Assembly: GCA_963808235.1 (NCBI GenBank)
Contig: CAWEEQ010000004.1
Span: 2,619,611-2,683,610, forward strand
Direction: 5' to 3'
Length of the DNA: 64,000 nt
Source: an uncultured delta proteobacterium
GTDB taxonomy: Bacteria; Desulfobacterota; Binatia; Binatales; Binataceae
The translations under genes and the position numbers were made by a program. How positions within the stretch are numbered: position 1 is the first letter of the stretch; every line of letters starts with the position of its first letter. This document shows positions 45,170 through 55,506 of this stretch, piece after piece. Under the pieces are notes generated by a model. That model was not told where the DNA came from. It was given only the letters and a program-made list of their open reading frames with translations, and did not search any database.

Positions 45170-46468
45170 TTGCTGCGCGCGCCCGAGCTTGCGCAAATCC
45201 ATGAGGCTTCGATGTTGAACGCGGCGTACAATTTGCTCTGGTATCCGGCGCTACCCTTCGCGCTGCTCGCGGCGCATCCGGCGAATATGCGGGATTTTTC
45301 CGAGCGCATGGGTCGTGGAGAATTTCCAGAAGCAACCGGCGCTCCGCGAATCTGGATTCATGCGTCCTCGGTCGGCGAAATAGAAGCTATCCGGCCAGTC
45401 GCGATGGGATTGCTGGAGCATTATCCGAGTGCGGTCCTTGCGATTACCACCATGACCGCAACGGGCCGCGATGCGGCGGAGCGTCGAATACCCAAGGCGT
45501 CGGCATGGATGCTCGCGCCGTTCGACACGCCGTGGGCGGTTCGATCGTTTCTGGCGCGCTTTCGTCCGAAGGTACTGCTGATCACCGAGACCGAAATCTG
45601 GCCCAACTACTTTCGCGAGGCGGCGCGATTCGGCGCACGGATTGCAGTTGTCAACGGCCGCATGTCCGAACGATCGATGCGCCGCTATTTGCTTGCGCGG
45701 AGCCTGTTCGAAAACGCACTTGGGCGCGCGAACCTGATCATGACGCAGAGCAGCGACGATGCGTACCGCTATGCCAAGTTCGAGCTCGCGACGAAAATCA
45801 TCGTGACCGGAAATACGAAAATCGCGGAGCAGGTGGATGAAGCCGCGATTCGACCCGAACTGCTCGCGTTTGCGCCCGAACGGCAAATTTTGGTTGCTGG
45901 CTCGACGGCGGCAGGCGAAGAACCCGTCGTCGTCGATGCATATCGAATACTGCGTACGCGTTTTACGAGTCTCGCGCTGGTGCTGGCGCCGCGTCATCTG
46001 GAACGCGTTGGTGAACTCGAAAAGATGCTGCAAGCCGATTCGTTGCGCTACGTGAAGGCGTCGAGCCTGGGTCGCGAAAATTCGATCGGGAGCGCCAACA
46101 TTTTGCTGCTCGATACGATGGGCGAACTGCGCGCACTCTATCGCCGCGCAACCGTCGCTTTCGTCGGCGGCAGCCTTGTTCCTGGACGCGGCGGCCAGAG
46201 CCCCGTGGAACCCGCGATGGCGAGCGTCCCGGTCCTCACCGGTCCGCATCACAAGAACCAACGCGAGGTTGTGAACGCCCTGCTCGAGGCTGGCGGAGCC
46301 GCGGTGGTCAAGAATGCTCGCGACATCGCAAACGAATGCACGCGTTGGCTTGCTGACGACGCGGCGCGGCAGGACGCGGGCCGCAGCGCGCAGATCGCGA
46401 TCTCCAAACGATCGGGCAGCGCGCGAATCTCCGTTGAACAGATCCAGGCGCTGATCGATCGTGGCTGA
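45170..46468 (+). CDS. waaA: 3-deoxy-D-manno-octulosonic acid (Kdo) transferase WaaA/KdtA
   Basis: IWIHASSVGEIEAIRPV...ITTMTATGR...LLITETEIWPN. The true start may be the internal MLNAAYNLLWYP. Confidence 0.85.
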   Translation: MLRAPELAQIHEASMLNAAYNLLWYPALPFALLAAHPANMRDFSERMGRGEFPEATGAPRIWIHASSVGEIEAIRPVAMGLLEHYPSAVLAITTMTATGRDAAERRIPKASAWMLAPFDTPWAVRSFLARFRPKVLLITETEIWPNYFREAARFGARIAVVNGRMSERSMRRYLLARSLFENALGRANLIMTQSSDDAYRYAKFELATKIIVTGNTKIAEQVDEAAIRPELLAFAPERQILVAGSTAAGEEPVVVDAYRILRTRFTSLALVLAPRHLERVGELEKMLQADSLRYVKASSLGRENSIGSANILLLDTMGELRALYRRATVAFVGGSLVPGRGGQSPVEPAMASVPVLTGPHHKNQREVVNALLEAGGAAVVKNARDIANECTRWLADDAARQDAGRSAQIAISKRSGSARISVEQIQALIDRG

Positions 46469-47593
46469 TTGATGGCGTCTCGCGAGCCAGGCCGAAATCG
46501 CCCGCGAATCGAACGGCTGTGGACGCGGAAGCTTCCCGCGCGCGACTTGCCCGGATGGCTTCCACTCGCCGCCGCGGCCGGACTCTACCGCTTTGGAATC
46601 AGCGTCCGACATCTATATTGGCGGTTGAACAAGCGCCGGGTGGACGTGATGACGATCAGCGTCGGCAACCTGACGGTCGGTGGCAACGGCAAGACTCCGT
46701 TCACGCTGTTTCTCGCCAACCGCTTGCAGAGCCATGGTCTGAAGGTTGCGATAGTGAGTCGCGGCTATAATCGTGCACCGTCGCGAGCGCTCGCATTGCT
46801 GGTTGCCGACGGCGGCACCTTGAAAGTCTCACCGGAAGAAGCGGGCGACGAACCGACGATGCTCGCAAAGTTGTTCAGCGGACCGATCGCAGTCGCGCGG
46901 CGCCGAATAGATGCGATCGAGTTGCTGACGCAACTAGGCCCGCTCGATGCAGTTATCCTCGACGATGGATTTCAGCACGAACGGTTGTATCGCGATGTCG
47001 ATCTGCTGCTGGTGAGCAGCCAGCGGGGATTTGGCAATGGCTGGATGCTTCCGGCCGGCCCGATGCGCGAGCCGATCGGCTCCGTGAGGCGCGCCGACGC
47101 GATCGTGATCGTAAATTTTGGCGATCAAGCATCGTCCTTGCGTCCGTCCGAAATCGCGAAACTCAGCTCGCGAAAGGTTCTCCGCGCTTCGATTCGTCCG
47201 CACTCCTTCCTCGCTATCGAGAACGGAGAATGGCGCGAAATCCCGCTCGGCCTTGCCGGACGGCGGGTGCTCGCGGTCAGCGGCCTCGCCGACGCGAGCG
47301 GTTTTTATGCGATGCTGCGCGATCTCGACGCGGACCTGGTCGGTGTTTTCGAGTATCCTGATCATCATGCCTACACCAGTGCAGATTGGCAGACTATTGT
47401 GAATGCGATGCGCGATGTGGACCTGGTCGTCACCACCGAGAAGGATCTAGTAAAGCTGGAACGGTTTCCGTTCGCGCGCGATTCGCTATACGCTCTCAGG
47501 CTCGAAGTTACGATGGACCCGGCCGATGCGCTGGCGCTTGATGAATTGATACTGGGCGCCGCGAACAAGCGCGCTGCCGCGTCGCACGCATAG
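46469..47593 (+). CDS. lpxK: tetraacyldisaccharide 4'-kinase LpxK
   Basis: [15 protein letters not shown] (P-loop) ... VSRGY. Confidence 0.85.
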   Translation: MMASREPGRNRPRIERLWTRKLPARDLPGWLPLAAAAGLYRFGISVRHLYWRLNKRRVDVMTISVGNLTVGGNGKTPFTLFLANRLQSHGLKVAIVSRGYNRAPSRALALLVADGGTLKVSPEEAGDEPTMLAKLFSGPIAVARRRIDAIELLTQLGPLDAVILDDGFQHERLYRDVDLLLVSSQRGFGNGWMLPAGPMREPIGSVRRADAIVIVNFGDQASSLRPSEIAKLSSRKVLRASIRPHSFLAIENGEWREIPLGLAGRRVLAVSGLADASGFYAMLRDLDADLVGVFEYPDHHAYTSADWQTIVNAMRDVDLVVTTEKDLVKLERFPFARDSLYALRLEVTMDPADALALDELILGAANKRAAASHA

Positions 47594-47627
47594 AAACTCC
47601 GGAGAAATCGATCGGAGGGTTTCCGCA

Positions 47628-47798
47628 ATGGCGCTGAATCAGGAACTGCTCGACATCCTCGCGTGCCCGAAGTGCAAGGGCGCCCTGCGACTGAATCCGA
47701 AGCAGGACGGCCTGGTCTGCGATGCCTGCAAACTGGAATATCCGGTGCGCGACGATATTCCGATCATGCTGATCGAGGAAGCTAAGCCGATTTCGTGA
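47628..47798 (+). CDS. Trm112-like small protein (YcaR/DUF343), 56 aa
   Basis: MALNQELLDILACPKCKGALRLNPKQDGLVCDACKLEYPVRDDIPIMLIEEAKPIS; SD ggaggg 8 nt upstream. Below the 60-aa cutoff of the ORF track. Follows lpxK as ycaR does in E. coli. Confidence 0.7.
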   Translation: MALNQELLDILACPKCKGALRLNPKQDGLVCDACKLEYPVRDDIPIMLIEEAKPIS

Positions 47799-47841
47799 GC
47801 GCCGTTTCGCCGCTCGTCGCGCAGCCGTTACGCTCCGCCCA

Positions 47842-49086
47842 ATGAGAACCATCGACGAGGAGCGCGCGCGCCGGCTCGCGTGGCTCGCGATGGGCCTTTA
47901 CATCGCAGGACTTGGCATCTCGGCGACGCTGCGCAAGCAGGGCGATTTCAACGTCTACTATCGCACCGGTCATCGCGTGCTTCACGGCCTCGCGATCTAT
48001 CCGCCTGACGATTCGGATCGATTTCTCTACGCGCCAATCTTTGCGATCGCTTTCGCGCCGCTGGCCGCGCTGCCGCGCCGTCTTGCGCAGTTCGTCTTCT
48101 TCACGATCAACGCCTACGCCCTGGTCGAGTTCGTACTCGGCGCGGGCGTGATCCTGTTTGGCCGCGTGCGACGATTGCCCGCGGCGCTGATTGTGCTTCC
48201 CGTGCTTCTCGCATTTGTCTTCATCGACAACAACATCGAGCACGGTCAGATCAACCTGCCCACGCTCGCGCTGATTGTCTGGACGATCGTAGCCGCCGAG
48301 GAATCGCACGACCCATCGGCAGGCGGGATGCTCGCCGCCGCAATACTGATCAAACCATTTGCGGTTCTCGCCGCGCTTTACCTGTTGATCAGAGGCCGGT
48401 TTAAGGCGCTCGGATGGACCGTCGTCGCGGGAATCGCGCTGTTGGTGGCGCCGATCGTGTTTTTCGGGCCGCATCGATGGATCGATCAGAGCGCCGCCTA
48501 CGTGACTGCGATGCTATCGATGACGAATCGATATCGAACCATGATCACCAACCAGTCGGCAGTGTCGGCGGTGGCGCGCGTGATGAGCCTGCAAATCGGC
48601 ACGGACGCGGAAACATCGTCGATTCCTACGATTGTCGGAATGTCGCTCGAAATGATTCTCATCGCCGCGGTGCTTTTCTGGGACTCGCGCGCGCGCGAAC
48701 GCGGGCCTTTGCGCGGCCGTCTCGCGCTGTGCGGACTCTTCTGTTTGATGCCCTCGTTCGCGCCGATTTCATGGAAGAGTTACTACGCCGCGATGCTGCT
48801 GCCATACATGGCACTGATCGCCGCCTTGTGGACGGATCGCGCTGACGGCGACCGCGCGCAACCCGCAGTGTGGACGTTGTTGGGGCTATCGATCGCACTC
48901 AATTACATTCCGGAACTTCATTGGAACCGATTCGCGCTATTTTACTCAGCGCATTTTGTTTCTTCGCTCCTCACGCTAGCCGCGCTGTTTGTCCTCTGGC
49001 TCAGAAGTGGCGAGATTGATCGCATGACCGCTACTATGAATTCCGCGGCCGAAATCGTTACTCATCGGCCCGCAGCCAACAGGTGA
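47842..49086 (+). CDS. DUF2029 / GT87-like polytopic membrane glycosyltransferase
   Basis: DFNVYYRTGHRVLHGLAIYPP...FLYAPIFAIAFAP...ILIKPF (KP motif). Paralog of 12655..13899. Confidence 0.75.
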   Translation: MRTIDEERARRLAWLAMGLYIAGLGISATLRKQGDFNVYYRTGHRVLHGLAIYPPDDSDRFLYAPIFAIAFAPLAALPRRLAQFVFFTINAYALVEFVLGAGVILFGRVRRLPAALIVLPVLLAFVFIDNNIEHGQINLPTLALIVWTIVAAEESHDPSAGGMLAAAILIKPFAVLAALYLLIRGRFKALGWTVVAGIALLVAPIVFFGPHRWIDQSAAYVTAMLSMTNRYRTMITNQSAVSAVARVMSLQIGTDAETSSIPTIVGMSLEMILIAAVLFWDSRARERGPLRGRLALCGLFCLMPSFAPISWKSYYAAMLLPYMALIAALWTDRADGDRAQPAVWTLLGLSIALNYIPELHWNRFALFYSAHFVSSLLTLAALFVLWLRSGEIDRMTATMNSAAEIVTHRPAANR

Positions 49087-49850
49087 GACCTGCATCGCAA
49101 ATTCAGTGGCGCGCCGATCCGAACTTCACCCGAATCAGGCTCGGACGCCGCGACATAATCTTGCATCGCGACGTTGCAGCGCTCGCGTCCGCGATTCTTC
49201 AGAGCCTCGGCACACTCGGCGCCGCGGGGGCATTGGGGGCGGGCAATCGGCAGAGCGCGTTTCGCATCAATATCGAGGGGGCGCCGGAGATGTACGCGCG
49301 ACGCTCGCGCCGCGGCGGCATCATTGCGTCGATACTCAACGATGTTTACCTGGGCATCAATCCACGTCCGCTGATTGAACTCGCGGTGACGGTCGCCGCG
49401 ATGAATCGCGGAGTTCCGGTCGCGGAGCCGATGGGCGCGATCGTCGAATGGATTGGTCCTGCGCTTTACCGCGGATTTTTTCTGACCCGCGCGATGCCGG
49501 GAATGACGCTCTGGGAATTCATTCAGACCGACGACGATCCGGTGGTGCGAAGTCACGTCCTCGAACAGGCTCGCGCCGCAATCGAAACGATGCATCGCAA
49601 GGGCCTCTTGCACGCCGACCTCAACCTGCACAACCTGCTCGTGACCCAGGCCGGCGAGAGTTTCACCGTGATGATCCTCGACCTCGATAAGTCACGGCTA
49701 TACGATTCTCCGCTGTCGCCTGCGATGCGCCGCACGAACCTCGCGCCTCGCGCGTTCCGCGCGCAAACTCGATCCCGCCCAAAAGTACCTGGACGCCGCC
49801 GCCTTCGCGATTCTGAACCTGGAGTGATCTCGGCTGCCTGGAACGCGTGA
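49083..49850 (+). CDS. lipopolysaccharide kinase (Kdo/WaaP/InaA family), likely Kdo kinase
   Basis: LHADLNLHNLLV catalytic loop, ILDLDKS. 4-nt overlap with the upstream GT87 gene. Confidence 0.65.
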   Translation: MRPASQIQWRADPNFTRIRLGRRDIILHRDVAALASAILQSLGTLGAAGALGAGNRQSAFRINIEGAPEMYARRSRRGGIIASILNDVYLGINPRPLIELAVTVAAMNRGVPVAEPMGAIVEWIGPALYRGFFLTRAMPGMTLWEFIQTDDDPVVRSHVLEQARAAIETMHRKGLLHADLNLHNLLVTQAGESFTVMILDLDKSRLYDSPLSPAMRRTNLAPRAFRAQTRSRPKVPGRRRLRDSEPGVISAAWNA

Positions 49851-50032
49851 CTGCCGATCAAAGTCAATGAAAGCGGCTTGCTTTAGACGTGGTGCGTTTG
49901 TATTGTCCGTCGCCTGGAACGATAAGACACTTCTTAACGACCCGCGGCCAGCAGCAGTCACCAAGACCGGAATGGTGATGTGCATCCGAGGAAAATGTTG
50001 GCCGGACTGAGCGAACTCAAATCGGTGAAAAA

Positions 50033-51286
50033 ATGCGCAAGAAAAACACGTCGCGGGCATTGAGGGCAAGCGGTTGGCTTACCTTGGCACTTACCCTTGC
50101 CGTTGCGCTCGGGGCCGGCACTGTCCAGGCGTTACCCTTGATCAGTTGCAATAATGCGTCGCTCACTCCTCCGTTTGGGCCGATTACGACCTACGACTTT
50201 AACGGCGGGGCCACCGTCGGCTCCTTCCTTCCAACAGGAGCCGATAACGGCCGGGGTCTCTTGGTCGTCGGCAACCTGGTCTACTATACAGATCTAGGCG
50301 CTCCCTTTGGCTTCGGGCCCCCGGCTTTCATCCACATCGCGCCGCTTAATGGCGGGGCTGGAGGCGCAGACATCGGGACGATACCTAACCCACGGCCTGC
50401 TGATGGCGTTCAGGATATCGCTATCTTCAACGGGGCGCTCTACGTCCTGACAGGCTATCCCAACGATCCGCCAGAAGTGTTCAAACTCAATGCAACTACG
50501 GGGGCAGTAATTGGCGGTCCGATCTCGATTGCCGCGCCGGCCGCGATAGATTCTGATGGTTTCGCCGTACTAGCGAACGGCAACTTCTTTCTCAACAGTG
50601 GCGATGGGGACTGCAACTACAATCAATACAATCCCACGACGGGCGCCTTGATCGGCGGCACCACGATTGTGGTACCGGGCGCCTCCTTTTGCACGGGAGT
50701 GGATACCGATGGGGTATCGCTGTTCTTTGAAACCGACTTGGACAGCTTCACCCAAACGGATCTGGCCGGGAATCTCATCAGGCGCCAAGCTGTGGCCGCG
50801 AACCAATGTGAAGACATATCGCTAGACTTAGCCGCAACCTGCAACGCGGGCGTCACGATCTCCGGATCAATGGAGGGAAACCTGCCTGTTCACTCCGGCG
50901 ACACTCTACGTGCCGGCTTTGATTTCAGTATCCCCGGCAATCATCCCGCCGATACCGTTACATTCTCGAACATAAACGTGTCCATGACGGTCCAGTGTCC
51001 GGATAAAACGTCGGTGACGCTGAATGTCCCCATGCCAAATCAGACCATCACTGACCCAGCTCACGACAACGACTGGCTACCGAGCGGAAATCAAAGCAGC
51101 AATCTGGTTTACCAGGGTTCGATAACTGTTCCCCCAATTTGCGGCGGCGCAACCGGCCACGTACCCAAAGGCGCAACATTCACCGCCGTCCTGATGGGGT
51201 CTACAAATGACAGCGTCCACGTCCGCTTCCACTATAGCGACGCCACTTCCGGCTCGTGGAGCGGCACGCAGGGATACTGCCACTGA
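50033..51286 (+). CDS. secreted hypothetical protein with beta-propeller-like repeats plus C-terminal beta-sandwich
   Basis: Signal peptide; repeated GxLxY(Y/V)TD/LTG blades (GNLVYYTDLG, GALYVLTGY, NGNFFLNSGDG, GVSLFFETDLD). Confidence 0.5.
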   Translation: MRKKNTSRALRASGWLTLALTLAVALGAGTVQALPLISCNNASLTPPFGPITTYDFNGGATVGSFLPTGADNGRGLLVVGNLVYYTDLGAPFGFGPPAFIHIAPLNGGAGGADIGTIPNPRPADGVQDIAIFNGALYVLTGYPNDPPEVFKLNATTGAVIGGPISIAAPAAIDSDGFAVLANGNFFLNSGDGDCNYNQYNPTTGALIGGTTIVVPGASFCTGVDTDGVSLFFETDLDSFTQTDLAGNLIRRQAVAANQCEDISLDLAATCNAGVTISGSMEGNLPVHSGDTLRAGFDFSIPGNHPADTVTFSNINVSMTVQCPDKTSVTLNVPMPNQTITDPAHDNDWLPSGNQSSNLVYQGSITVPPICGGATGHVPKGATFTAVLMGSTNDSVHVRFHYSDATSGSWSGTQGYCH

Positions 51287-51304
51287 ACCCGGATGGTCTT
51301 TAGC

Positions 51305-51328
51305 GTAGCCGGTCGACGGACCGGCTAC
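51305..51328. terminator. perfect 10-bp GC-rich hairpin between convergent genes (candidate bidirectional terminator)
   Basis: gtagccggtc-gacg-gaccggctac. Weak U-tract, as is usual in high-GC genomes. Confidence 0.35.
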
Positions 51329-51335
51329 GCGCCGT

Positions 51336-51734
51336 TTACTCAGATACAAGCGACATTCGCTTCGTCGCGATCGCGTCAATCTCGATTCGAGCCTTGCGCG
51401 GCAACGCCGCGACCTGGACCGTCGAGCGCGCCGGATACGGTGGCTCGAAATGCTCGCCGTAGATACGGTTGACCGTCTCGAACTCGCTGAGATCGACCAT
51501 GAAGATCGTTGTCCGGATCACATCGACAAAATCCACGCCCGCGGCTGCCAGCACTTCGCCAAGATTCTGGAGCGCACGCCGCGTTTCGAATTCGATTCCG
51601 CCTTCCACCAACGTCCCCGACAGCGGATCGAAACCAATCTGCCCCGAGCAGAAGATCATTCCGCGCTGTTCGACAGCCTGCGAGTACGGACCGAGCGCAG
51701 CTGGCGCCTGTTTGGTATGAATCGCTGTCTTCAT
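51336..51734 (-). CDS. ridA: RidA family (YjgF) reactive-intermediate deaminase
   Basis: APAALGPYSQAV...TTIFMVDLSEFETVNRIY...PARSTVQVAALP. Confidence 0.85.
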   Translation of the reverse strand: MKTAIHTKQAPAALGPYSQAVEQRGMIFCSGQIGFDPLSGTLVEGGIEFETRRALQNLGEVLAAAGVDFVDVIRTTIFMVDLSEFETVNRIYGEHFEPPYPARSTVQVAALPRKARIEIDAIATKRMSLVSE

Positions 51735-51752
51735 CGCATTGCGCGCAAACGA

Positions 51753-53966
51753 TCAGAAGCGATGGCCGTTTTGCTGGCCCAGGCGCGACACTCTCATCAC
51801 GCCGTCGATCGCGCCGATCGAGTTCATCAGGTTGTTCAACTGCCGCGCGCTGGTGACGCTGACTTCGAACACCGACAGCGCGCGTCCGTCCGCGCCTCGG
51901 GTCTTTACTTCCGCAGTCGAGATATTGACGCCAGCCGAAGCGATCGCCTTGGTCATCGCGGCGAGCAATCCCGGCTGATCGGCGCACAAGACCTCGAGGC
52001 GGATCTGCCGTGGCGCTTCCTCCCCGTCTTTCCAAACCACCGGGACGCGTCGTTGCGGATCTGTATTGAGCGCATGCGGGCATCCCGCGACATGGACCGT
52101 GACGCCGCGTCCGCGAGTAATGAACCCGGTGATCGCCTCACCCGGCAGCGGATTGCAGCATCGCGCGAATCGCACCAGCATGTCGCCGACGCCGGACACA
52201 ACCACCGCGCTGCTGGCCGACTTGCGCGCTTCCTTGGCGGCGCGCTCACGCTGCGCGGGCCCGAAAGCCGTGGGCGGCTTGTCCGGCCGGTAGATCTTTA
52301 ATTCTTCCGGGGTCAGAACCTTCGCGAGCAATTGTGCCGGCGTGATTATTCCGTAGCCGATCGCGGCGAGCAGACTCTCGACGTCGCGCTGCGAAAATTC
52401 CGAAAGCACATTTTCGAGTCGTTTGCTCGATCGAAGCTGCCCAACGCTCAGCTTGAGCGGTTCCAGTTCTCGATCGACCAGAGATACCGCCAGATCGCGC
52501 GATCGTTCCGCCTGCTGATTGCGAAGCCACTGGCGGATGCGTGATTTTGCGCGCGCCGTGGCCGCAAAATTGGTCCAGTCCTTGCCCGGCACCTGCTTTT
52601 CGGAAGTCAGCACTTCAACCGTGTCGCCCGAGCGAAGCCGGTAGCGCAGCGGAACCATCCGCCCGTTCACGCGCGCGCCGGCCAGATGGTTTCCAACTTC
52701 CGAGTGAATTCGATATGCGAAGTCGATCACCGTCGAGCCGAGTGGGAAATCGAAGACGTCGCCCTTGGGCGTGAAGACGAAAACTTCTTCGGGAAATAAA
52801 TCGTCCTTGACTGTGGAGAGAAATTCCTGCGGGTCCTTGAGGTTCTGCTGCCACTCGATAAGCCTGCGCAGCCACGCGAACCGCTCCGTATCCCTGAGTT
52901 CCTTGGAGTTGCCCTCCTTGTAACTCCAGTGCGCCGCGATTCCCTCTTCCGCCACCTTGTGCATTTCGCGGGTGCGGATTTGCACTTCCATCCGCTGGCC
53001 GCGCGGCCCAATCACCGTGGTATGCAGCGACTGGTACATGTTGGCCTTGGGCAGCGCGATATAATCCTTGAAGCGCCCCGGCACCGGCTTCCAATTCGCA
53101 TGCACTACGCCGAGCGCCTCGTAACATTCGCGGACCGTGTCGACGATGATACGGAACGCGACCAAGTCGTAGATTTCCTCGAAGCTGAGCCCCAGCTCCT
53201 GCATCTTGGTGTGGATCGAGTAGAAGTGTTTCGGACGGCCGGTGACTTCCGCCTTCACGCTGCTTTCGTCGAGGCGCCGGGAGAGAATCTCGATCACGCT
53301 CGCGATATATTCCTCGCGCTCCTTGCGTTTCTTCGCGACGAAAGCCTTGAGCGTGCCGTACGCGCTGGTGTTCAGATAGCGAAAAGAAAGATCCTCGAGC
53401 TCGGACTTGAGCCAGTAGATGCCGAGGCGGTGGGCGATCGGCGCGTAGATTTCCATCGTCTCGCGCGCGATTTCCTGCTGCCGGTCCGCGTCCAGATGAT
53501 CGAGAGTGCGCATGTTGTGCAGGCGATCGGCGAGCTTGATCAGCACCACCCGGATGTCATGCGCCATCGCGATGATCATCTTGCGGAAATTCTCCGCCTG
53601 CTTTTCTTCGCGGCTCTGGAAAGTGATCTTCGAGACCTTGGTCACCCCGTCGACGAGTTGCGCAACCTCGGCGCCGAAGTCCGACTGCACTTCGGCGAGC
53701 GACGCCTGGGTGTCTTCCACCACGTCGTGGAGCAGGCCGGTAACGATCGACGGTACGTCGAGTTTGAGCTGCGCGATGATCAGCGCGACGTTGAGCGGAT
53801 GGATTACATACGGCTCGCCTGACTCGCGCTTCTGATCGACATGCATCCGCGCCGAATATTCGTAAGCGCGGCGAATAAGAGCGACGTCGGCCTGCGGGCT
53901 GTAACTCTGAACCCGCCCGATAAGGTCCGCGAGTTGATCGGGACTACTTTGAGCTAACTCTTCCAC
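51753..53966 (-). CDS. rel: bifunctional (p)ppGpp synthetase/hydrolase (RelA/SpoT family)
   Basis: HD domain (HPLNVALI...LLHDVVEDT), synthetase domain (RPKHFYSIHTKM...YQSLHTTV), TGS and ACT domains. Confidence 0.9.
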   Translation of the reverse strand: MEELAQSSPDQLADLIGRVQSYSPQADVALIRRAYEYSARMHVDQKRESGEPYVIHPLNVALIIAQLKLDVPSIVTGLLHDVVEDTQASLAEVQSDFGAEVAQLVDGVTKVSKITFQSREEKQAENFRKMIIAMAHDIRVVLIKLADRLHNMRTLDHLDADRQQEIARETMEIYAPIAHRLGIYWLKSELEDLSFRYLNTSAYGTLKAFVAKKRKEREEYIASVIEILSRRLDESSVKAEVTGRPKHFYSIHTKMQELGLSFEEIYDLVAFRIIVDTVRECYEALGVVHANWKPVPGRFKDYIALPKANMYQSLHTTVIGPRGQRMEVQIRTREMHKVAEEGIAAHWSYKEGNSKELRDTERFAWLRRLIEWQQNLKDPQEFLSTVKDDLFPEEVFVFTPKGDVFDFPLGSTVIDFAYRIHSEVGNHLAGARVNGRMVPLRYRLRSGDTVEVLTSEKQVPGKDWTNFAATARAKSRIRQWLRNQQAERSRDLAVSLVDRELEPLKLSVGQLRSSKRLENVLSEFSQRDVESLLAAIGYGIITPAQLLAKVLTPEELKIYRPDKPPTAFGPAQRERAAKEARKSASSAVVVSGVGDMLVRFARCCNPLPGEAITGFITRGRGVTVHVAGCPHALNTDPQRRVPVVWKDGEEAPRQIRLEVLCADQPGLLAAMTKAIASAGVNISTAEVKTRGADGRALSVFEVSVTSARQLNNLMNSIGAIDGVMRVSRLGQQNGHRF

Positions 53967-54583
53967 GGCGCGAAATCGGCCCGCAAGCGGCCGACCCTGA
54001 GCCTCTCCGCGTTCACGATCGCCTGCAGGCGCGCGATCGAATCATTCACTTTGGAGTTGATTATCAGGTAGTCGTATTCCGGAAATGCCTCCGCTTCGCT
54101 GCGCGCCTTCAGAAGGCGATGCTGGATCTTCGATTCTTCCTCAGTGCCGCGCTTACGTAGCCGCCCTTCCAGTTCGGCGAAGCTCGGGGGAAGAACAAAG
54201 ACCGCGACGGAGTCGTCGGGATAGATCGCGCGAATCTGGCGAGCGCCCTGGATATCGATATCGAGCAGGATGTCGTGGCCGACCGCAACTGCGGCGTCGA
54301 GCGGAGCGCGCGGGGTGCCATACGAAGACTCAAACACACGCGCCCATTCCGCAAGTTCGCCGGAAGATTGCCTGCGTCTGAACTCGTCTTCACTCACAAA
54401 GCGATAATCGATTCCTTCTGCCTCTCCCTCTCGAGGCGTGCGAGTGGTCAGCGATACCGAGAACTCGAGGTCCGCAATTGCCTTGAGCGCCTCACGATAA
54501 ATCGTAGTCTTGCCAGCACCCGAAGGCGCCGAAAGGATGAAGATTATACCGCGTCTCGGCGGCGGGGAGTCATCTGATCTCAA
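53954..54583 (-). CDS. gmk: guanylate kinase
   Basis: IIFILSAPSGAGKTT...SVSLTTRTPREGE. Confidence 0.9.
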   Translation of the reverse strand: MRSDDSPPPRRGIIFILSAPSGAGKTTIYREALKAIADLEFSVSLTTRTPREGEAEGIDYRFVSEDEFRRRQSSGELAEWARVFESSYGTPRAPLDAAVAVGHDILLDIDIQGARQIRAIYPDDSVAVFVLPPSFAELEGRLRKRGTEEESKIQHRLLKARSEAEAFPEYDYLIINSKVNDSIARLQAIVNAERLRVGRLRADFAPWKS

Positions 54584-54630
54584 GAATATCTAACCCGTCC
54601 CATAGGTGCAAATGACGTTTAATACTATGC

Positions 54631-55506
54631 CTATTCGACGTTTTGCACCTGCTCCCGCATCTTTTCCGCTTCCGCCTTAACTTCAACCGTTACTTGAGAA
54701 AGTGCCGCGTTCTGCGACTTCGAGCCCATCGTGTTCACTTCGCGGTTAATTTCCTGGAGTAGAAACTCGATCGATTTCCCGACCTGCCCTTTGCGTTTCA
54801 ACAGCGACTTGAGGCCCTCCAGATGGGTGCGAAGGCGCGTGATCTCCTCGCTGATATCGCCATGCTGCGAGGCCGATGACGCTTCCTCGTAGAGCTTCTT
54901 CTCGTTGACGGGCAGGTCCGCGAGCAGTTCGCGAACGCGTTTGTGAAAGTTCTCCATTATCTCGGCGCGGGACTGTTCGGCGAGCTGCTCGATCTTCGGC
55001 ACCATGGTCTCGATACTACGCATCCGGGTCGCAAAGTCGTTGTGCAGGCTGCGGCCCTCACGCTGGCGCTCGGCGTCGAGCGCCTTCAGCGCGCGAGAGA
55101 GCGCTTTTTGGCCGAGCGCAAACGCCGCGCGCGAGTCATGTTCTTCCTCGATCACGTGGAAAATTTCGGGACGGCTCAATATCGAACCGATTTCCGGATT
55201 GCCATTGAGATGGAGCTGCTTGCCGAGCCGGCGCAGTTCCGCGACGTAGAGGTTTGCGAGCCGATCGTTCACCTCCAGGCGCACCGGCGGCGGCTTTATC
55301 GCAACTGATTTGATAAACACCTCGACGCGGCCACGCGCGACTACGTTCTGCACGGATTTGCGGATCTCCGCTTCGTGCTCGCCCCATCCGCGCGGCACCG
55401 CGAGCTTGAGTTCGAAAAAGCGCTGATTGAGCGCGCGCACTTCGGCGGTCACGCGGGTGCCGTTATGCTCGGCAATCGCTCTGCCGAAGCCGGTCATGCT
55501 TTTCAT
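54631..55506 (-). CDS. yicC: YicC family stress-induced protein
   Basis: MKSMTGFGRA N-terminus; DUF1732 C-terminal ISEEITRLRTH. Confidence 0.85.
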   Translation of the reverse strand: MKSMTGFGRAIAEHNGTRVTAEVRALNQRFFELKLAVPRGWGEHEAEIRKSVQNVVARGRVEVFIKSVAIKPPPVRLEVNDRLANLYVAELRRLGKQLHLNGNPEIGSILSRPEIFHVIEEEHDSRAAFALGQKALSRALKALDAERQREGRSLHNDFATRMRSIETMVPKIEQLAEQSRAEIMENFHKRVRELLADLPVNEKKLYEEASSASQHGDISEEITRLRTHLEGLKSLLKRKGQVGKSIEFLLQEINREVNTMGSKSQNAALSQVTVEVKAEAEKMREQVQNVE

